From positions 16,244,001 through 16,308,000 of the forward strand of contig CP158635.1 of NCBI GenBank assembly GCA_050273025.1: a DNA stretch of 64,000 nt, read 5' to 3'. Below are positions 10,752 through 24,100 of this stretch, piece after piece; within the stretch, counting starts at the first letter, position 1, and each line of letters starts with the position of its first letter. The stretch comes from Cenococcum geophilum. Its lineage: Eukaryota. The notes below the pieces were generated by a model that was not told where the DNA came from, searched no databases, and saw only the letters and a list, made by a program, of their open reading frames with translations. The position numbers and the translations under genes are program-made.

Positions 10752-13700
10752 CTAAATATAGAACATCTTATCACGTACTCTTTCATGAATCCGCACACGG
10801 CCCGGATCCACTTCTTGCCCTGGCGGCCCTCCTGTCACACTTGCGGTAGGGCTTGCTGTCGGTGTTGGATCAAATAGTCCGCTTAGATAGCACCGAGCCC
10901 TTTCACAAACAAGATCAGCGTAATACGCTGGGGGACAAATGCTAACTGCCTTAGTAGCCCTTCCAAATAGATAGCATAGATTATGGGTTAGATCCTCCAC
11001 TATATCTGCTGCACTCTGGAAGGGCTGCTGCACCATTCTGCGACGGAATATCTCGTCGTAAATCGTATAGTAATGGGCAGGGCGAGCCGTTCCTTGAATT
11101 GCAGTATGAGCTTGCAAGAAGAAATCCCAGTTTCGAGCTTCTGTAACCCCGCGGTCGACAACGGTACCATTCTGCGGGTTAGAGGACCGGTCAACGTCCT
11201 CTTTCTTGGTAGGGTAGAACCGTGTGTTATGGCGTTTTCCGACAATGATTATTGTTATGTACGGGATGCCTTGCTTGGTAAAGATAGCCGGGTAGAGTTC
11301 TTCGCACGCTTTACGGAGTGCCGGAAGTTCTTGATCAAGAACTTGGTGGTATTCGCCTTCCGATACCCCATCTCTATACACAAGGATATTCTCTGGATAA
11401 CTATCATTCCGTTTCATCCATAGGTGGAGGCGAGATTTGAACAAGCTGTCAAGACCTGAAACCAATTCCTGTTGGGCAGTTTGGATCTGTAAGTCTGCCG
11501 GCCACTGTGCAAGCCATCGATCAACAGAAGCAACAATGCTTGCCACACTGGGCGCATTCGAAGAAGACCCAGGAGAAGGGTGGGTAACATCGATCCCTAC
11601 AACCATAGTCTTGCCCTCCGCCAATATGCCAAGCTTGGAATTGTCCAGAAACTGATTTCGCCCGCCAAGTTTGAGGTTTACCTTCAATGCCACATTTGCA
11701 AAGTATTGGCTGTTAGCACGAGCAAACTTTTCTGCAACCACGCAAACATTGAGAAGTCCCTCTTTGACGTCGCAAGCGTACTTGACGCTGTTATAGATAG
11801 TCGTGTCAGCAGAGGGCATAATCACTAAGAGCAACCTCGGCGGAGGCTTTGTGGGATTGCTCGTGAATCGGTGTATTGCTTGTGCAATTTCAGCTTCGGC
11901 ATTCCCAGCAGTAACGCTCATGTGCAACCCAGGAACGCAATCATTCGCGTTTATTCCAACCTGTCTGAGCGTAGACGTGAAGGCGTTCAAAGACGTATTC
12001 AAACTTGCATCGTCTCTCCACGGATCGAATGAACCCTGAAACGATATCCAAAGGTATGTCCAGTAAGTCAAGTCTGACTTAGTAGCAACTTCGAAAGACT
12101 GCATATTCCAACTACCAAATCTGGGATTAGCAATTTTGCTCCTGCCATACTTCACGTCTGGGCTGTTTAGGACACGTCCTGGAACAACTATCAAATTTGG
12201 CGTCACGTTGATTCCAAAATTACCCTTCTGAGATTAGTAATATCCAGAGTGTAGGCGGAGAGAAATGTACTTACAAGGGTGGAATTAGTAGGATCGAACC
12301 CCAACATTTGAGTTCCTGAAGTAGCGATTGATTGCGCATTTTGAGCTGGTTTGCGTACCGCAAATCTTATCATTTGCTGCGTCTGAGAAGAGCTCAGTTT
12401 CGTATTCGAGGTTTGCCCGGGCAGTACCTCGCACACTTCGGGGGGTAAGTATGACGGGTTTTGCCGACTGCCAACATTGATGACAGGTAGGGTTGGATCT
12501 TTGATTGTAATGTCGTGAGCTATGACAAAGTGAGCACGATTACATTTGGGGATGTTCTTCTGCCTTGATATGAGAAGACTAACTTTGCCTAAAGAAATCA
12601 TACACGCTAATATATTGACCCTGTGAAGGAGGCTCAGGGCCAAGTTTTGCGGCCTTCCTCCCCCTATTTCCGTTTGTCACACTTGTCACCTGCGGTTTCC
12701 CGGCAGGCCCTTGTCCACGGTCTCCCAGAAAGAACTTGACATCTTTGGGTCCACTGCCAAATTCAAGGACAATGGGCGGGTTTTGCTGACCACGCCCATC
12801 GTCGCGTGTTGCTAAGCCCAGTACTACCTTTATCCTCGGGATCGTGGAACCAGATCTATTCTTCTTCACGATATGGGTGACTTTGATAGAAAGCTTTTTA
12901 AGGAAATTTCCCAGCTTTACCGTACTTGGGCCATTGGTTCTGATATATGTAAGCATCAACTTATCGAGAGGACCGTCATCATAGAACGCCGCGTGTTTGA
13001 CCTGAACGTTGACGAGAATGCGGGCAGTAGCTGCGCGGACGCTCACAAAAAATCCTCGAAGAGCCAAAAGCCCTGCTCCTAAATCAAACCTTTCGGAGGT
13101 AGCCGCGGCTAGGTGAAAGTGCTTATTCGCGCCGACAGAGGCTGTGTACGAAACTGCCTTGGGATGATTGCCTACAACTATATTAAGGGCCTGGATTATC
13201 TCATCCTTAGATCCGAATAAAGCTCCGGAATGAGATGAAGTAAGATAATCTATGAGCTCGGATACGGTGAGCGCGCCGGTGGGCTGGAGACGGACTCGGT
13301 ATATTCTTGCATTCGGAGCGGGGTCGTCTTCATCCTCGGCCTTATAGTGTATTGCGTAATCATCTTCATCTAGATCAAGCTCAGTCTTGCTAATGAGATT
13401 GGATTTGAAATCGGTGGCGATGTCGTGCCCATATTGAACCAGGTGCTCTTCAAGCAGGAGCTGAACTATCCTCTTAACCTTCTTACCCATTGGTGTTCTG
13501 CCGCGCTGATCCGGCAATATTTCAATACTGTAACGGAAGAGCAGCAAATCTCCAAACGCCATCAAATCCAAATAGTTTGCCCACAGCAACACCTCCCTCC
13601 CTCGGGTACCAAATCCGGGCCGTAGAGGCAGCCTCGGGTCGGATGCTGGCTTTCCCATTGGGGATTTCGCCCGGACAAAATTGGCTGCAGTCTCAGTCTC

Positions 13701-14061
13701 CCTTTCGATACGAGTGACACGCATGTCTGGCTTGGCTAGATGGCCGCCATTAGGACTGGAAAACACTCAGAGATTAGTCTCCAAGATGTAGTAGAACGAA
13801 ATTGCAAAGATCTCACTTGAAGATTTGTGCATCAATGGGGCCGCCTCGGCCCCTGCCAAATCCACCGCGATCGCCTCTGCCTCGACCTCTTGCACCGCCT
13901 CGCTGGTCTTGACGATATGTGGAGAATCCCTGTGGGGCTGGAGCCCCTCGTCCTCTTCCGCTTGCATGGAACGGAAGAGAGGAGTCGCCATGGGCACGGC
14001 CATGGGCACGACCACGGCCGCGATCGCGACCGCGACCACTGTCTGATGGGTTGCCAGACAT
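10752..14061 (-). CDS. ago: Argonaute (QDE-2-like; RG-rich N-terminus, N, PAZ, MID, PIWI), ~1045 aa, 4 exons
   Basis: Exons 14061-13817, 13755-12584, 12519-12275 and 12227(or 12224)-10752, with GT-AG introns keeping frame. Motifs: LRPGFGT.G..V.LWANY, YISVYDFF, LPVINVG...PSYLPPEVC, NVALKVNLKLGG, GIDVTH, YRDGVSEG, KRHNTRF, QGTARPAHY, PAYYADLVC, and C-terminal MFYI. Confidence 0.96.
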
Positions 14062-15163
14062 TGGGAATGGTGAGTAATACCTCTTTACAAAGATTCAAGA
14101 TTCAACTAATTTGAGGAGCGTAAGGATTTATTATACTGCAGCTACCCCGCCTTCTGCCCGGTTAGTGACGAATCAATTGAAGTTCAAGGGTGAATGACGT
14201 GGAATTCCTTTGAACAACGATGGCTTTGGGCCTAAGGCCATGTTTTACGCACGTACGCATTTTAAGTCACGGAGGTCCGTGCAGAGCGAGAAAAGGCTAG
14301 AGTTGTAACCTTATATAGAAGTTAACTATTAACTTCTTAAAACTATTAGTATTAAAGTTATTAGAATAATAGCTAGGCTAGTATAGAATACATAAAAGAG
14401 GCTCTATAAGAAGATATATACAAGTTGACTTAGCATGTGTATATTAGGTAAAAAAGATTTTAGTCTTAAATTAACCCTTTTATATTTTTATACCAAAGGC
14501 CCTTAAAATAGCAACTAAGATAGCAGTGTTAACTAACCCTAATTTAATCTTGGTTGCCGGCTGAGTCGCTTACTAAGATAATTTAGGGGTAATTGAGTTC
14601 TAAGGGTATGAGCTTAAAGGTCAAGAGCCTTATAAACGTATTAAGACTTATAGACAGCTATACACATCCTTCGGAGCGAGCGGGAAAATATATTGGGGTA
14701 ATTCTATTAAATCTGTTGCCATATATAACGTGGGCATAGATTCCTATTAATCCTTTAGGGAACAGGGCCTTAATCGCTGTACCTGGCCGTTCTTCTGCAC
14801 CAAACTATCTATAATATGGCTGGGTTCCGTCCATCCCGTAACTTTCCACTCTCCGCTTTACTTCATCCGTTGTAATCTAATAAATATATATAGTGAGCCA
14901 AAAATAAACCAGGCCAGGTTTCTCCTTGTATACTTTGGTTAAGATTAGGCTCTACGTAAGTTCGTCTAAAGCGACGATTCCGAGATATTAAAGCTAAAAT
15001 TAGGTACGGGTATTACGAGCCTATTTATTTCATTCTATTTGAAAACAAAGACATGTCAATAAATATTTCAGTACCGTATACTTCTTTGGGATAAAAGGAA
15101 ATCGTAGTCTTATCTGGGGGTCTATTCTTTACCAGCTCTAAATTAACCTGAATTCTCCGTCGC

Positions 15164-18100
15164 TTAAATTCTAAGTCCAACAACAGCAACGCAGGTAGCA
15201 GAAAGAACGAACAACACCGCACTGACAAAGAAAGGCAAACCAACCAAGGCGTCCACATTTGCATCAAGCCCAATAGCTAAAACCTTTGAAAACAAGACAG
15301 ACGCAATCACCTTGCCACTAATACTAGCTATAGACAGAGTCGCCATTACGCGCGCGACCTGCGCCCTATCAATCAAGCTAATAATATACGCTTGCGTTGC
15401 CGTCGGCAAGCCTTCGCCGAAAAGGTACAAAATGACAGCAACGATAAAGGTACCCGATGTAGAGCTGAAGCCAATTAGAACTGAGCCGACAGTGAGGATA
15501 AAACTACTGCCAGCCATGACCGCAAAATGAGCACGGCCTGAGGATCCAAGGTAGAATGACGCAACGCGACTAACGGTTGGAAGGAGTAGGCTGAAGTGGA
15601 CCAGCATGAGAATTCCTTCTAATGTAACGATATAGGAGGCCTGTGGAAATGTCCAATGCAATTTTATGACCGGGTACTGAATGAGGCCGAACCAGTCGAT
15701 TGTTTTGATGCCGGTGGCTGCGAAGAAGATTGAGAGGGCCAGGAGAAGAATGTTGAAGACGCCGACGCCGGAGACGCTCTCTTGGAACGCATGATTTAGC
15801 TTTTTCCATCGACAATATAACCACTTCTTAGATTTGGTCTCGCAGATATTGGTCATTGGATCGGGATCCTGAGGCTCCTCTCCATTTTCAGATGCCGGGG
15901 CATCAGCCACTGCTGTCCGATTACTCTCGCTAATGGTCTCGGGAAATACAAAGAGAGTAATAGCAGCAGTGACAGTGGCGAGTGACAAACTGACTGCTAA
16001 ATTGACCTGTGGAGTCCCACCTTTGCCATCAAGGTTCATGAGCAAGGCCCCAATACTAGGGCAGAAAGTCTGTGCAAGATATTGCATCGAAGTCGTCAAG
16101 AAAAACAATGACGCTCTTTCCATTGCAACAGGCATGACATCTGTGTAGGAGGCAAATAGCATCGCAAGGCCAACGTCGTAATTCCCACCTATCAGCCCAG
16201 GTAGACCGCTTAGATACAGCGCCCATATAGGCACCTTTGGAAAATAAAGATCTTTGGGCATGTGTCAGATAACTCATATAGAGCTATTCATTGATAAAAT
16301 GGGTTGATTGATTGATGATCTTGATTATGTCTTAACCTAGGGCCCCTGGGCTTAGATGAAGGTATCGGAGGTCCAGGTTAGGCTTAGCATAACCTTAGGT
16401 TACGCACGACCCCCTAAGGTCCGCAACATATCATCTAAATATCTGTCAATCGGTAGTCCGTGCACCGATTGTAAGAAAAGAAGGACTCGTGTGTAGATTA
16501 ATCTATAAAGAAAAAGAGGCTATATATATATAAGGTAGTACCCCCCACAGGGGTCCCTAGAGAATGGTAAAACTAGATTAAAACTAGGTCGAGACAAATC
16601 TGAAGCTTATATCTAACAGTACCCGTCACGGTTAATACACCCTCCTAGCTTTAAGCTCTCTAAGATTGAAGCTATATTACCAGTCCTAGCGCAGTACTAA
16701 GTTTCTCGTTAAGGCCAGTCGTCTATAATCTTTGGTAAGGCCATATATAGGCCTACTTGTCGATAAGGCCGCAGGTCGGTAGCTACTTTGTTATTCTTTA
16801 TCCGGTTAACACTAGCTATACTAGTATTTAGATCCTCCTATACTATCTAGCAATCGTCCATCTATGCCTAGATCCTCCCATATACTCTGGTAATCGTCTA
16901 TCTATACCTAGATCCTCCTATACTGTCCAATAATCGTCTATCTAGTATCTAGCTACGCCGTAGTAGCACGGTTATTATCTTGTCCTTAGCAGTACGGTGC
17001 TAGCGTCGATATAACATAGCAGTAAGGTGCCAGCTCTGGGGTAACGTAGCAGTAAGGTGCTAGCTTTAGGTAAAAGCGGTAATGTGCCAGCTCTAGGGTA
17101 AAGTGGCAATGCGCTAGCTTTACGATAACGTAGTAGTAAGGTACTAGCTCCTGTCCTTCCACTAGCTTATTGCCCCAATAAACCCAAACTTTTAGGCCGC
17201 CTTGTCTCTGGCTCCTGCCTCGTATCTAGCACTAAGTACCTGCCTTAACTCGGCCTGCCTTAATCTAGCACCTTAGTACCTGCCTTATATCTAGCTCCTA
17301 CCTTATCTCTAGCGTATAGTGGGCATTGTTAGTTATAATATTGGTGGAAGGATATAAAAGTAATTACGAGTATATTAATAACTAAGGTACCCAGACACGA
17401 GCCTATAGGAATAGCTGATTAAAAGAATAACTGGTGTATAGGAAACAACTCCGGGCTTATAACTATTAATTGGTAGTTTATACACCGATTATAAGAAAAG
17501 AAGGACTTGTGTATAGATTGATCTATAAAGAAAAAGAGGCTATATATATATGAGGTAGTACCCCCTATAGGGGTCCCTAGAGAATGGTAAAACTAGATTA
17601 AAACCAGGTCGAGACAAATCTAAAGCTTATATCTAATAGTACCCATTACGGTTAACAATATCACCCCCCCCCTTTAGTGGTGGCCCCTACTTTTTAAACG
17701 CGTTTTTAAGGCCTAGGTTAGTACTAAGTTAGTATAGAGGGCCTTAGCGTGCCTTTAACCTTACTATTGCCTTAACAATCTATTTTCCAACCCTCTTCTG
17801 TCCTTATGCCCGCGCTAGCTTACGCGGGGCTTCTAATTTTATATAGAAAGGCTTACTATAATTATAATTATATAATATAAAGCCCTCTTCTCCTTCTTCT
17901 CCTTTAATATTTACGCGTTTAGTGGCTTTATTTACCTACGCCGCGCTTATGCGTCTCCCCCTTACCTCTTGCGGATATAGAGTCTTTTAAGAATCTCCTT
18001 ACCCTATGGTCCACTTTACGGTCGACGGAAGCCCCCTTAGCCTCCTCCCCCTATAGCCTCTAGAGCGAATTCAAGGCCTAAACAGTACGGCTATATAATA

Positions 18101-21100
18101 TTTATAAGGCCTAGCGCTTAAAGAATACTATAAAGGCGTATAAGCTAAAGTAGAAAGAGTAGGAAGACTAGTACGCGAGATTAGAAGGTAATATAAACGG
18201 CGCCTAGGTAATAGAAGATAAGCTTTACCTATTTTTAGAGTAGTAAGTTATTAACTAAGAATTATAGGCTGCTAGCTATTAAAAACAGAAGTTAAAATAG
18301 AAAGAGATATAGAAAGATAGTAAGCGGGTAAAGAAGAGGTAGAAGATAGTTAAGTGGGTAGGGTAGCTAGGGGGGAAGGTAGCTATAGGGGTAGCTATAG
18401 GGGCAGCTATAAGCATAGGGGAGGAAGCTATAAAGGAGGAAGGGGAGATATAGGACGAGGAGGCCCTAGACGCCCTATTTAACAAGATAGTCTAATACTT
18501 AGTTATAAATAGCTACGTCTCTACTATTACTAAGCTTTACATATAGCAGTTAAAAGGTAAAACCTCGTAGCTACTACAGGGGGCAAAGCTCTTGGTAGTA
18601 CTAGATAGCGTCCACCGTAATAAGGACTAGATTTAACGCGTTAACTTTATTAATTAAGGCCTATTTATAATTATTAGCGGCTATAATGTTAAAGGGCTTA
18701 AAAAGGCAATTACTTAGTGCTAGGAGACGGGCTCTAAGATACTAGGTTTAGTTAAGTCTTACCTTTAAACTATAGCTAAGCATTTATTAGGTTTATATAT
18801 ACCCTATCTAGTCTATATAGCTGCCGTTTTCTAACTTATTCCTTAGGCTATACTACCGTTACCTATAGTAAAAGTAGATAAAATATTTAGCTTATTAACC
18901 TTATCTTTATTAAACTAGAGAATAAAGGGCCTAAACTAAATAAGTTAGCGCCGTATATAATTATATTAATAATATAAAGAAAGCAGAATTAGCATAGTAA
19001 GGTTAAGTATATAGGCTATATACGGAACGCTAACCCTATCCTTTACCCCCTCTCTATAGTAGCCTTTTACTTCTTTAACTACTAGGGTAAAGATAGCGCT
19101 AAGAGCTTCCTATCCTTTTGGCAGCTAAAGGATTACTATAACCTATATATCTTCCCTAGTAGTATTAAAGTACTATAACGGCCGCTAAGCTATTATACGC
19201 AGTTTAAATAGAATAAAAAGATATTCTAGGGGGTAGGAATTTACTTAAAGAAGAAGACTTATAGCGCCTATAAGTAGAGCATCTAATATGCTAAGCTTAG
19301 CGGCGTTAAGGAGACCTAAATTAGATAGGCTGGATGCTGGAATATAGATGCGATAATAGGAGCCTACCTTAGCTACCTACCCCGTGCGTTTATATAGTTA
19401 ATTACCAGCTTCCTAAAGGAAAGAAAGGGCTATTTTCTTCCCCGTATACGGGAGGTGCTAAAGGAGGCCCTTTATTTAAAGATATGGCCCAAAACTAATG
19501 TCTGGCTAAAATGTATAGAGGCCTACTACCTAGGTAGGGCTAATAATAAGGTTATATAGCTTAACCTTGCGGGATTAGGATTTTTACGCCTCCTTTATAT
19601 ACTTAGGGTAATCCTATTATAGGACTTAGTAATCCTATGCAAGTAGTTCCCACTCTACCCCCTATAAAAGGACCCCCTTTTTAGCTGTGAGGAATACTAG
19701 AGGTTCACTACGCGGGTAGAAAGTTCGCTAGCTGATATAGTTACGCTAGATAAGCTAATAATGCGAAAATACTAGCCCGCCTATAAGGCCATAGCTAAGC
19801 TAAAATATAAGGCCGCGATCTCCAAGGTAAAGGGGGTTTAATTACACGTATAGACGATCTTAGAACGCCTTAGCGAAATAAAAAGGTTATTAGTATTATT
19901 CGCACCTATATAGATCTAGTAAGGGAAGATAGGTATTTAGATAGGGCCTATAGAGTCCGTACGTCCACCTTTAGGTAAGCCTACGCTATCTACTATAACG
20001 TTTATTATATCCGCGCCGCCTACTTAGCTATCTATAATATCTATACTGCCTACTTAGCCGCTGTCTATAATATCCGCACTGTCTACTTAGCCATCTATAA
20101 TATCTATACCATCCACTTAGCCGTCTATAATATCCGCACTGCCTACTTAGCTATCTACTATATCCGCATCGCCTCTACTAGCGTAGGTATAAGCTAATAC
20201 TTAACTATCTCTCCTATTTATTCTTAACCTATAGGCGCTGCTAAGGAAATATAAAATGCTTTAAGGCAATAATTTGGTTTTTTAGCTTTAGACTAAGTGG
20301 ACTTTAGGGCTAGCGGGTAGGCCGTTAATTAAAGCTCTTAATTACTATTGGGGGGCATACTAATAGGTTAATGGCGAGGCTATATTTTATAGCTGTCGCT
20401 ATAGGATTATTAAGGATATAAGACGGCGCGTAGAAGACGGTATAGTAAGAGATAAAAAATAGGCTATTAACCAGCTAGAACAGCTACGAGGCCGGTATTC
20501 TTTAAATTAGCTTTATAAGAATATCTAGGGCAAGGGAGGCTCCCTCTTAAGTAGTAGATAATACCTATTTTACTATAGTAACTGAGACGCCTTAATATAG
20601 GACTATATTAGTAACTGAGACGTCTTAATATAGGACTATACTGTAGTAACTAAGACGCCTTAATATATAACTGTACTACAGTAACTAAGACGCCTTAATA
20701 TAAAACTGCACTATAGTAACCAAAACGCCTTAATATATAACTGCACTATATTAACTAAGACGCCTTAATATAGGAATAGAGCCCGTTTAGGTGTTGTAAA
20801 TTCAGAGTAATATTACATAACTGTCTAGAAGTACTAATCTAATATAAATTATGTACCTTTTTGCCTAAAATCGCGTGCGAAAGTACTTGGGGGTGGTTAC
20901 TACGCGACCTTATACGGGGTTTAGGCGCGTTATTAGTAGGGGTAGCCTTAACCTCGTATTAACCCAGGTCATAACCACGCCAAATCAGCCCCCCTAATAT
21001 GTAATAGATATCGGAGGTCCAGGTTAGGCTTAGCATAACCTTAGGTTACGTATAACCCCCTAAGGTCCGCAACATATCGTCTAAATATCTATTAATCAGT

Positions 21101-24100
21101 AGTCTGTATACTAATTATAAGAAAAAAAGGACTTATATATAGATTAATCTATAAAGAAAAAGAGGCTATATATATATAAGGTAGTACCCCCCACAGGGGT
21201 CCCTAGAGAACGGTAAAACTAAATTAAAACTAGGTCGAGACAAATCTAAAGCTTATATCTAATAGTACCCGTTACGGTCAACATATCCTCCTAGCTTTAA
21301 GCTCTCTAAGATTAAAGCTATATTACCAGTCCTAGCGTAGTGCTAAGTTTCTTATTAAGGCCAGTCGTCTATAATCTTTAGTAAGGCTATATATAGGCCC
21401 ACTTATCAATAAGGCCACAGGTTGGCAGCCACTTTATCATTCTTTATCCGGTTAACACTAGCTATACTAGTGTTTAGATCCTCCTATACTATCCAGCAAT
21501 CGTCCATCTATGCCTAAATCCTCCTATATACTCTAGTAATCGTCTATTTATACTTAGATCCTCCTATGCTATCTAATAATCGTCCATCTAGTATCTAGCT
21601 ACGCTATAGTAGCATAGTTGTTATCTTATCCTTAGCAGTACGGTGCTAGCGTCGATATAATATAGTAGTAAGGTGCTAGCTCTAGGGTAATATAGCAGTA
21701 AAGTACTAGCTCTGGGTAAAAGCGGTAATATACTAGCTCTAGGGTAAAGTAGCAATGCGCTAGCTTTACAATAATATAGCAATAAGGTGCTAGCTCCTGT
21801 CCTTTTACTAGCTTATTACCCCAATAAACCCAAACTCTTAGGCTACCTTATCTCTGGCTCCTGCCTTATATTTAGCACTAAGTACCTACCTTAACTCGGC
21901 CTGCCTTAATCCGGCACCTTAGTACCTACCTTATATTTAGCTCCTACCTCGTCTCTAGCGTACAGTAGGCATTATTAGTTATAACATTGGTAGAAGGATA
22001 TAAAAGTAATTACGAGTATATTAATAACTAAGGTACCCAGATATAAGCCTATAGGAACAGCTAATTAAAAGAATAACTGGTGTATAGGAAATAACTCCGG
22101 GCTTATAACTGTCAATTAGTAGTCTATGCACCAATTATAAGAAAAGAAGGACTTATATGTAGATTAATCTATAAAGAAAAAGAGGCTATATATATATAAG
22201 GTAGTACCCCCCACAGGGGTCCCTAGAGAATGGTAAAACTAAATTAAAACTAGGTTAAGACAAATCTAAAGCTTATATCTGACAGTACCCGTTACGGTCG
22301 ACAATATTACCCCCCCCCTTTAGTGGTGGCCCCTACTTTTTAGACGCGTTTTTAAGGCCTAGGTTAGTACTAAGTTAGTATAGAGGGCCTTAGCGCGCCT
22401 TTAACCTTACCATTACCTTAACAATCTATTTTCTAACCCTCTTCTGTCCTTATGCCCGCGCTAGCTTACGCAGGGCTTCTAATTTTATATAGAAAGGCCT
22501 ACTATAATTATAATTATATAATATAAAGCCCTCTTCTCCTTCTTCTCCTTTAATATTTACGCGTTTAGTGGCTTTATTTACCTACGCCGCGCTTATGTGT
22601 CTCCCCCTTACCTCTTACGGATATAGAGTCTTTTAAGAATCTCCTTACCCTATAGTCCACTTTACGGTTAACGGAAGCCCCCTTAGCCTCCTCCCCCTAT
22701 AGCCTCTAGAGCGAATTCAAGGCCTAGACAGCACGGCTATATAATATTTATAAGGCCTAGCACTTAAAGAATACTATAAAGGCGTATAAGCTAAAGTAGA
22801 AAGAGTAGGAAGACTAGTACGCGAGACTAGAAGGTAATATGAATGGCGCCTAGGTAACAGAAGATAAGCTTTACCTATTTTTAGAGTAGTAAGTTATTAA
22901 CTAAGAATTATAGGCTGCTAGCTATTAAAAATAGAAGTTAAAATAGAAAGAGATATAGAAAGATAGTAAGCGGATAAAGAAGAGGTAGAAGATAATTAAG
23001 CGGGTAGGGTAGCTAGGGGGGAAGGTAGCTATAGGGGTAGCTATAGGGGCAGCCGTAAGTATAGGGGAGGAAGCTATAAAGGAGGAAGGGGAGATATAGG
23101 ACGAGAAGGCCCTAGACGCCCTATTTAACGAGATAGTCTAATACTTAGTTATAAATAGCTACGTCTCCACTATTACTAAGCTTTACGTATAGTAGTTAAA
23201 AGGTAAAACCTCGTAGCTACTATAGGGGGCAAAGCTCTTAGTAGTACTAGATAGCGTCCACCGTAATAAGGACTAGATTTAACGCGTTAACTTTATTAAT
23301 TAAGGCCTATTTATAATTACTAGCGGCTATAACGTTAAAGGGCTTAAAAAGGCAATTACTTAGTGCTAGGAGACGGGCTCTAAGATACTAGGTTTAGTTA
23401 AGTCTTACCTTTAAACTGTAGCTAAGCATTTATTAGGTTTATATATACCCTATCTAGTCTATATAGCTACCGTTTTCTAACCCATTCCTTAGGCCATACT
23501 ACCGTTACCTATAGTAAAAGTAGATAAAACATTTAGCTTACTAACCTTATCTTTATTAAACTAGAGAATAAAGGGCCTAAACTAAATAAGTTAGCGCCGT
23601 ATATAATTATATTAATAATATAAAGAAAGCAGAATTAGTATGGTAAGGTTAAGTATATAGGCTATATACGGAACGCTAACCCTATCCTTTACCCCCTCTC
23701 TATAGTAGCCTTTTACTTCTTTAACTACTAGGGTAAAGATAGCGCTAAGAGCTTCCTATCCTTTTGGCAGCTAAAGGATTACTATAACCTATACGTCTTC
23801 CCTAGTAGTATTAAAGTACTATAACGGCCGCTAAGCTATTATACGCAGTTTAAATAGAATAAAAAGATATTCTAGGGGGTAGGAATTTACTTAAAGAAGA
23901 AGACTTATAGCGCCTATAAGTAGAGCGTTTAATATGCCGAGCTTAGCGGCGTTAAGGAGACTTAAATTAGATAGGCTGAATGCTGGAATACAGATACAAT
24001 AATAGGAGCCTACCTTAGCTACCTACCCTGTGCGTTTATACAGTCAATTACCAGCTTCCTAAAGGAAAGAAAGGGCTACTTTCTCCCCCGCACACGGGAG

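Larger units (their letters stand above)
16365..21010. mobile_element. Copy 1 of a head-to-tail duplicated, TIR-less element (Helitron-like candidate), RIP-mutated
   Basis: Co-linear with 21011-25726 at an offset of 4646. It starts TCGGAGG after a host A, has a subterminal hairpin gcataacc-tta-ggttacgc, and shows no TIR. The classification is tentative. Confidence 0.6.

Noticed and set aside
14300..14640. AT-rich patch upstream of Argonaute with an end resembling 690-727
   Set aside because: Probably a decayed transposon fragment, but no paired TIR, TSD or coding motif could be established.
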